The notes under the pieces are model-generated. The model was not told the DNA's origin. It saw nothing but the letters and a program-made list of their open reading frames with translations, and did no database searches. This document shows, piece by piece, positions 38,572 through 44,476 of a stretch of DNA of 44,476 nt. The number at the start of each line of letters is the position of its first letter. The stretch's first letter is position 1. A program made the translations under genes and the position numbers. The stretch is taken from sequence record DRR378314_2555; one strand, given 5' to 3'.

Positions 38572-39597
38572 ATGAAACGTCGATTATTTTTTAAGAATGC
38601 AGCCACAGCATCAATAGGGTTGGGGCTTACCAAGTATTCGTCAAAGGATAAGCCTGTGCAGCCCTTCGAAAAAGGCATCCCATTTTGTGTTACTGTTTCG
38701 GAAAACAAGCTTCAATTTTTTTCAGAGGCTATCAAGGAATCTATAAAGATTGTTCATATAGCGGACACCCACCTCTTTATGGACGACGAGCGTGGTGTTC
38801 CGTATGCCATGTACAGTGGACGTATGGCCAAGGCCTACAATCAGACCAAACATTTTAAAACTGGAGAAGCTACCAACCCGGAACTGGCATTCGCAGGAGC
38901 TTTGGATTTCGCCAAAGAATCCAAGGCGGATTTGATCACTTTAATTGGAGATATTTTTAGTTTTCCATCGGAAGCTGCCGTTGAATGGGTGCTGGCCAAA
39001 TTAAAAGAAGTGGATATCCCCTATATTTATGTCGCTGGCAATCACGATTGGCATTATGAGGGCATGGAGGGAACACTGGAAGATTTGAGGGACAAATGGA
39101 TCAAGGAAAGATTGCTTCCCTTATATCAAGGTAAACATCCGTTAATGGCGGCATACGATTTAAAAGGAATACGATTCTTGGCGATCGACAATTCCACCTA
39201 TCAGATAAATAAGGAGCAGTTGGACTTTTTTAAAGAACAGGTTTCCAGCGAGGTACCACTAGTGCTTTTGGTGCATATACCAATGTACGCCCCAGGGAAA
39301 TCTATTTCCTTCGGATGCGGCAATCCTGATTGGGGGGCTTCTTCCGATCAGAATTTTGAGTTGGAAAGACGATTAAAATGGCCAGAAGCAGGTCATTCGG
39401 AAACTACCTTCGATTTTCATAGGGCAGTCTTTTCCGCTCCAAATCTATTGTGTGTATTTGCAGGTCATATCCATCGTTTTTCAGTGGAATCGATTAAAGG
39501 AAAACCGCAAATAGTAACCGATGATAATGCCAGTGGAGGTTTTTTGGATGTCGATTTTTTACCCTTGGAAAACAAGGACAAATCCCTAATTTTTTAG
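38572..39597 (+). CDS. Metallophosphoesterase (Icc/CpdA-like) with possible Tat signal
   Basis: MKRRLFFK; HIADTH, LIGDI, AGNHD, IDNS...EQLDFF, LVHIP and AGHIH motifs. Confidence 0.8.
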   Translation: MKRRLFFKNAATASIGLGLTKYSSKDKPVQPFEKGIPFCVTVSENKLQFFSEAIKESIKIVHIADTHLFMDDERGVPYAMYSGRMAKAYNQTKHFKTGEATNPELAFAGALDFAKESKADLITLIGDIFSFPSEAAVEWVLAKLKEVDIPYIYVAGNHDWHYEGMEGTLEDLRDKWIKERLLPLYQGKHPLMAAYDLKGIRFLAIDNSTYQINKEQLDFFKEQVSSEVPLVLLVHIPMYAPGKSISFGCGNPDWGASSDQNFELERRLKWPEAGHSETTFDFHRAVFSAPNLLCVFAGHIHRFSVESIKGKPQIVTDDNASGGFLDVDFLPLENKDKSLIF

Positions 39598-39697
39598 TTT
39601 ACTGTTAATGGAATTTAGGTTTTAGTTGTGGCATTTATAAAATTGAAGGGCAGAGATATTTGTATAAAATTCCCTTAAAAAAGTAATAAATTATTCT

Positions 39698-41380
39698 ATG
39701 AAATTAATTTGGTGTTTGTTATTGAGTTTTGTGACCATGGTAGTTAATGGTCAGACCAAAAAGTATGATATTGTTATATATGGGGGTACTTCTGCCGGGG
39801 TATCCGCTGCCATACAAAGTAGTAGAATGGGCAAGTCCGTTGTGCTCATAGAGCCAACCAATCGCATTGGCGGACTTACCACCGGAGGCCTGGGCCAGAC
39901 CGATATTGGGAACAAACAGGCCATTGGCGGGATTTCCAGAGAGTTCTATGAGAATATCAAAAAATATTACGACGATCCTGAAAATTGGAAATGGGAGAAA
40001 AGATCTGATTATAAGGATGGGGGCCAAACCCGTACCGAGGAAGGAGAAGCTACCATGTGGACCTTTGAGCCCTCCGCTGCCCTTGCCGTCTATAAGTCCA
40101 TGATAGACAAGGAGAAAATTAAGATGGTCTACAACGAAAGGCTCAACAGGGAAACCGGGGTCAAAAAAGTAGCTGGTAAGATAGAGTCGATCACCATGGA
40201 AAGTGGTAAGATTTTTAAAGGCAAGGTATTTCTGGATGCCACCTATGAAGGGGATCTGATGGCCTCGGCCGGGGTTTCCTATGCCGTGGGCAGGGAAAGC
40301 AACGAAGAGTATGGGGAAACCTTGAACGGGGTACAGGCCAATAGCATAAATACCTCCTTGGCTGGCCTTGTTTCCAGAAATGCGTTCAACCACAACTTTA
40401 TCCCAGGGGTAGATCCATACGTTGTAAAAGGGGACCCCATATCCGGACTCCTGCCAAATGTTAACGAAAAGCCGGGCCTAGAGGGGGAAGGCGATAAGAA
40501 AATACAGGCCTACTGTTTTAGGATGTGTCTTACGGATCACCCTGAAAACCGTATACCTTTCCAGAAACCGGCAAATTATGACGAGGTAAATTATGAACTT
40601 CTTTTCCGTAATTACGAAGCCAGAAAGGGGCCCATAAGGGAGATGTACAGCTATGGCAATTCATTATTGCCCTGGATCAATTCCAGTATGCCCAATAGAA
40701 AAACGGATACGAACAACAAGTTCGGCTTTTCTACCGACTATATTGGCAGGAACTATGATTATCCTGAGGCCAGCTATGCGGAAAGGGAAAGGATCATCGA
40801 GGACCATAGGAACTACCAGATGGGACTTATGTGGACCCTGGCCAATCATCCAAGGATACCTGCCGAGGTCAGGGAGGAGGCATCCAGATGGGGTACTACC
40901 AAGGACGAATTTGAAAGGGCCGATGGTTGGCAGCAACAGCTTTATGTCCGTGAGGCAAGGAGGATGGTCAGCGATTATGTTATGACCCAGAAAAACTGCG
41001 AGGCATTAACGGTGGCAGAGGATGCCATTGGTCTGGCCGCCTACGGTATGGATTCGCACAACGTACAACGATATGTGGATGCCAATGGATATGTCCAAAA
41101 TGAGGGCAATGTGGAGGCCCATGGTTTTAAGCCCTATCCCATTAGTTATGGAGCATTGGTACCCAAAAAGGAGGAATGCAACAATCTTATTGTCCCTGTC
41201 TGTGTAAGTTCCACGCACATTGCCTTTGGATCTATCCGTATGGAGCCCGTATTTATGGTCCTGGGGCAATCAGCGGCCACGGCGGCAGTACTTGCCATAG
41301 ATGCCAATGTTAGTGTTCAGGAAGTGCCTTACCCTAATTTAAAGGAGCAACTTCTAAAAGATCGTCAAAGGCTAAAATAA
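39698..41380 (+). CDS. Exported FAD-dependent oxidoreductase (FAD_oxidored family), paralogue 1
   Basis: Signal peptide; [39 protein letters not shown] and [11 protein letters not shown] motifs. Confidence 0.85.
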   Translation: MKLIWCLLLSFVTMVVNGQTKKYDIVIYGGTSAGVSAAIQSSRMGKSVVLIEPTNRIGGLTTGGLGQTDIGNKQAIGGISREFYENIKKYYDDPENWKWEKRSDYKDGGQTRTEEGEATMWTFEPSAALAVYKSMIDKEKIKMVYNERLNRETGVKKVAGKIESITMESGKIFKGKVFLDATYEGDLMASAGVSYAVGRESNEEYGETLNGVQANSINTSLAGLVSRNAFNHNFIPGVDPYVVKGDPISGLLPNVNEKPGLEGEGDKKIQAYCFRMCLTDHPENRIPFQKPANYDEVNYELLFRNYEARKGPIREMYSYGNSLLPWINSSMPNRKTDTNNKFGFSTDYIGRNYDYPEASYAERERIIEDHRNYQMGLMWTLANHPRIPAEVREEASRWGTTKDEFERADGWQQQLYVREARRMVSDYVMTQKNCEALTVAEDAIGLAAYGMDSHNVQRYVDANGYVQNEGNVEAHGFKPYPISYGALVPKKEECNNLIVPVCVSSTHIAFGSIRMEPVFMVLGQSAATAAVLAIDANVSVQEVPYPNLKEQLLKDRQRLK

Positions 41381-41419
41381 ATTATAATTTTCTTAGATCA
41401 AATTTAACTACCAAACAGA

Positions 41420-43096
41420 ATGAAGCAAAAAAGAAAGATTATTAATTTAACCATTGCCCTGTTCATATTTGGAATTATGGGCCTAACTGGATGTAAAGAG
41501 TCGGAAGAAGAGACTAAACCAATAGCAACGGCCGATATTATTATCTATGGCGGTACCTCTGCTGCCATTTCCGCAGCGGTGGAAGCAAAGCGCTCCGGAA
41601 AATCGGTTATTGTGGTTTCCCCGGATATCCATTTGGGAGGCTTGTCATCAGGTGGCTTGGGCTATACGGATACAGGTGACAAAAGTGTAATAGGGGGTCT
41701 GGCCAGGGAATTTTACCACAGGGTCTGGCAACATTACAACACTACTGAAGCATGGAACTGGCAGAAAAAAGAGGAGTACGGGAACAAAGGCCAGGGTACT
41801 ATTGCCATGGATGGTGAGAACAGGACCATGTGGATTTTTGAGCCCCATGTAGCGGAAAAAGTGTTTGAAGATTTGGTGGCCGAGGAGCAGATCCGCGTAG
41901 ACCGCGATGAATGGCTGGATAGGAAAAACGGGGTACAGATGAAGGATGGGAATATAGTTTCAATTACCACCTTGTCAGGTAAAAAGTACTCTGGGAAAAT
42001 GTTCTTGGACACTACTTATGAAGGAGACCTTATGGCCGCGGCAGGCGTAAGTTATCACGTGGGCCGTGAAGGTAAAGAGGTATATGGTGAGGAGTGGAAC
42101 GGGGTTCAAACCGGGGTCTTGCACCACAAACACTGGTTTGCGTCAGATATATCCCCTTATGTAGTGCCGGGCGACCCAAGCAGCGGCCTCCTTCCTAGGG
42201 TTTCGGGAGAGGACCCAGGCGAAAAGTATAGTGGGGACGATAAAATCCAAGCCTATTGTTTCCGTATGTGCATGACCAATCATCCTGAAAATAGGATTCC
42301 TTTTCCAAAACCAGACGATTATGATCCCTTGAATTATGAACTCTTGGCCAGGGTCTTCGAAACAGGAAGAAAGGATTGGTTCGAGAAATTTGATGCCGTC
42401 CCCAACCATAAAACGGATACCAACAACCACGGACCGCTTAGCAGCGATAATATAGGTATGAACTATGATTACCCAGAGGGAAGTTACGAAAGAAGGAAGG
42501 AAATCATAGAGGAGCATGTAAATTACCAAAAAGGCTTGCTTTGGTTTGTGGCCAACGACCCCAGGGTCCCCGAGGACATACAGACCGAGATGCAAAAATG
42601 GGGATTGGCAAAGGATGAATTTACTGATAACGGTAACTGGCCACACCAGATCTATGTTAGGGAAGCAAGGCGGATGATAGGGGAGTTCGTTATGACGGAA
42701 AATGAACTATTGAAGAGAAGTCCTACCCCAAAACCAGTAGGAATGGGATCTTATGCCATGGATTCCCATAACGTGCAGCGCTATGTGAAACCAGATGGTT
42801 TTGTCCAAAACGAAGGGGATATAGGGGTAAGTACCAAAGGGCCCTACTCTATTTCCTATGAAACCTTGGTGCCAAAAAAGGAAGAGTGTAAGAATCTCTT
42901 GGTGCCGGTTTGTTTATCTTCCAGTCATATCGCCTTTGGATCTATACGTATGGAGCCAGTGTTCATGATCTTGGGGCAATCGGCTGCCGCGGCTGCAGTG
43001 CTGGCTATCGATGAAAATGCCGTGGTACAGGAAGTGGACTATGATAAATTAAGGGGCGTCCTGTTGGCCAAGGGGCAGATTTTGGAAAAAAAATAG
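41420..43096 (+). CDS. FAD-dependent oxidoreductase lipoprotein (FAD_oxidored family), paralogue 2
   Basis: Lipobox LTGC; same motif set as the upstream paralogue ([37 protein letters not shown]). Confidence 0.85.
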   Translation: MKQKRKIINLTIALFIFGIMGLTGCKESEEETKPIATADIIIYGGTSAAISAAVEAKRSGKSVIVVSPDIHLGGLSSGGLGYTDTGDKSVIGGLAREFYHRVWQHYNTTEAWNWQKKEEYGNKGQGTIAMDGENRTMWIFEPHVAEKVFEDLVAEEQIRVDRDEWLDRKNGVQMKDGNIVSITTLSGKKYSGKMFLDTTYEGDLMAAAGVSYHVGREGKEVYGEEWNGVQTGVLHHKHWFASDISPYVVPGDPSSGLLPRVSGEDPGEKYSGDDKIQAYCFRMCMTNHPENRIPFPKPDDYDPLNYELLARVFETGRKDWFEKFDAVPNHKTDTNNHGPLSSDNIGMNYDYPEGSYERRKEIIEEHVNYQKGLLWFVANDPRVPEDIQTEMQKWGLAKDEFTDNGNWPHQIYVREARRMIGEFVMTENELLKRSPTPKPVGMGSYAMDSHNVQRYVKPDGFVQNEGDIGVSTKGPYSISYETLVPKKEECKNLLVPVCLSSSHIAFGSIRMEPVFMILGQSAAAAAVLAIDENAVVQEVDYDKLRGVLLAKGQILEKK

Positions 43097-43155
43097 GACT
43101 TGTATTATTTTATGATACAATATTTTAATTATTAAAACCTATAAGAAGTAACAGA

Positions 43156-44316
43156 ATGATTTATTCCAACAGATTAAAAAATAGATGTTTATTAATTCTC
43201 TTGTTAATATTCTGGGTATCTCCCTTATTTTCCCAGGCTCCAAAAGAAAAACAGGAAAGTTTGGAGGCATTGAATTTTGTTTTTGAAGGAGGTAATGAAG
43301 ATTATAAATGTTTTCGTATTCCCGCTGTAGTTACAACCAATAATGGCACATTGTTGGCCTTTGCGGAAGGAAGAAAAAATGGTTGTAGTGATACCGGAGA
43401 TATTGATCTGGTAATGAAACGGTCAACGGATGGTGGAAAAACCTGGGGCAAATTGGAAGTGCCTTGGCACGATAAGGGAAATACCTGTGGAAATCCTTCC
43501 CCTGTAGTGGATAGGGTTACAGGGAATATTTTCTTATTGTCTACCTGGAATTTGGGAACGGATCACGAGTCGGATATTATTGACCAAAAGAGTAGGGATA
43601 CTAGAAGGGTCTTTATTTTAAAATCTACCAATGATGGTAAAAGTTGGAGTAAACCCAAAGAAATTACTTCGGATGTAAAATTGCCCAATTGGACATGGTA
43701 TGCCACAGGTCCGGGGTCTGGCATCCAAATTCTAGGGGGCAAATACAAGGGTAGGCTGGTGATTGCATGCGATCATATTGAGGCTGTTACCAAGAAATAT
43801 TACTCCCATGTTATTTTTTCCGATGATCATGGGAGCACATGGGAGTTGGGAGGAATTAGTCCTCGGGATCAGGTTAATGAATGTGAAGTGGTGGAACTTT
43901 CAGATCATAGTCTAATGTTGAATATGCGCAATTACGATCGAAAAATGGTTAGTAGGCAATTGGCCTACAGCAATGACGGCGGTGAATCTTGGAAAGACAT
44001 GCACCATCATGAAGCGCTGGTTGAGCCTATTTGTCAGGCCAGTACCTTGCGTCTGGACCTAGAGGAGCAGATATATGTCCTTTTTGCCAATCCTGCCGAT
44101 GATAAAAAAAGAGCAAATATGACGATTAGGCTAAGTAAGGACGATGGAAAATCTTGGCCCTTTGCCAAACAAATTTATTCCGGCCCTTCGGCTTATTCCG
44201 ATTTAACCGCTATGGATGGAAAAAATATTGGTATCTTATACGAAGGTGGCCAAGAAAGTGCTTATGAAGGCATAATTTGGGAGACATTGAGCCTAACGGA
44301 ACTTATGGAAAAGTGA
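43156..44316 (+). CDS. GH33 sialidase family protein
   Basis: FRIP motif; five Asp boxes (STDGGKTW, STNDGKSW, SDDHGSTW, SNDGGESW, SKDDGKSW); NEC, NMR, SAYS and LYE motifs; signal peptide. Confidence 0.92.
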   Translation: MIYSNRLKNRCLLILLLIFWVSPLFSQAPKEKQESLEALNFVFEGGNEDYKCFRIPAVVTTNNGTLLAFAEGRKNGCSDTGDIDLVMKRSTDGGKTWGKLEVPWHDKGNTCGNPSPVVDRVTGNIFLLSTWNLGTDHESDIIDQKSRDTRRVFILKSTNDGKSWSKPKEITSDVKLPNWTWYATGPGSGIQILGGKYKGRLVIACDHIEAVTKKYYSHVIFSDDHGSTWELGGISPRDQVNECEVVELSDHSLMLNMRNYDRKMVSRQLAYSNDGGESWKDMHHHEALVEPICQASTLRLDLEEQIYVLFANPADDKKRANMTIRLSKDDGKSWPFAKQIYSGPSAYSDLTAMDGKNIGILYEGGQESAYEGIIWETLSLTELMEK

Positions 44317-44411
44317 AACAGTATACTTGGACAAATATCCAGTTCCAATTAATTAAGTGTTCAGTAGTTACGGTAGCCGCCCTTAAAGCGAAGCAATAGA
44401 AGGATTAAAAT

Positions 44412-44441
44412 AAAAAAAGCCCTTGAAAATCAAGGGCTTTT
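44412..44441. terminator. Rho-independent terminator downstream of the tRNA, probably bidirectional
   Basis: AAAAGCCCTTGA-AAA-TCAAGGGCTTTT, with a 7-nt U tract on the minus strand. Confidence 0.85.
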
Positions 44442-44445
44442 GAGG

Positions 44446-44476
44446 TGGTGCCTCCAGGAATCGAACCAGGGACACA
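44446..44476 (-). tRNA. tRNA 3' half, probably tRNA-Phe; anticodon lies outside the window
   Basis: Minus strand TGTGTCCCTGG-TTCGATT-CCTGGAGGCACCA: T-arm with TTCGA loop plus acceptor 3' strand. Phe identity is from recalled similarity to Bacteroidota tRNA-Phe only. Confidence 0.8.

Noticed and set aside
39719-40393. 224-aa minus-strand ORF and the many other 60-170 aa nested ORFs in the track
   Set aside because: They lie antisense or out of frame within well-supported genes and have no recognisable motifs; treated as shadow ORFs.
39698-43096. Xanthan lyase label often attached to such proteins
   Set aside because: Only the FAD-binding oxidoreductase motifs are visible; no lyase domain evidence.
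44317-44476. Prophage or integrative element at the tRNA
   Set aside because: No integrase, phage genes or att duplication seen in the window.

Overview
Chromosomal window from a Bacteroidota bacterium, most likely a marine Flavobacteriaceae member (inferred from SusC/SusD, many lipoboxes, TAnnTTTG promoters and a Zobellia-type vanadium haloperoxidase). In order it holds: a heptamer repeat and a DUF1697 gene; glpK-glpF; an HI0933 flavoprotein and a glycerophosphodiesterase; a maltose/alpha-glucan locus (GH13, GH65, beta-PGM, LacI, SusC/SusD, YidK-like symporter); two FG-GAP/ASPIC lipoproteins with a vanadium haloperoxidase; a GyrI-like protein; a nucleotide/phosphate cluster; TonB; a GH32 pseudogene; a phosphoesterase, two FAD oxidoreductases and a sialidase; and the 3' end of a tRNA. 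The most interesting region is 27679-37008. The 789-aa 'GAF protein' there appears, by manual motif alignment, to hide a divergent class III nucleotidyl-cyclase domain. It lies tail-to-tail with an HD-phosphohydrolase/Pycsar-TM effector fusion, which is in turn head-to-head with a phosphatase/kinase-like/Omp85-barrel fusion. This is a candidate non-canonical cyclic-nucleotide signalling or Pycsar-like system. All calls come from reading motifs by eye; no searches were run.
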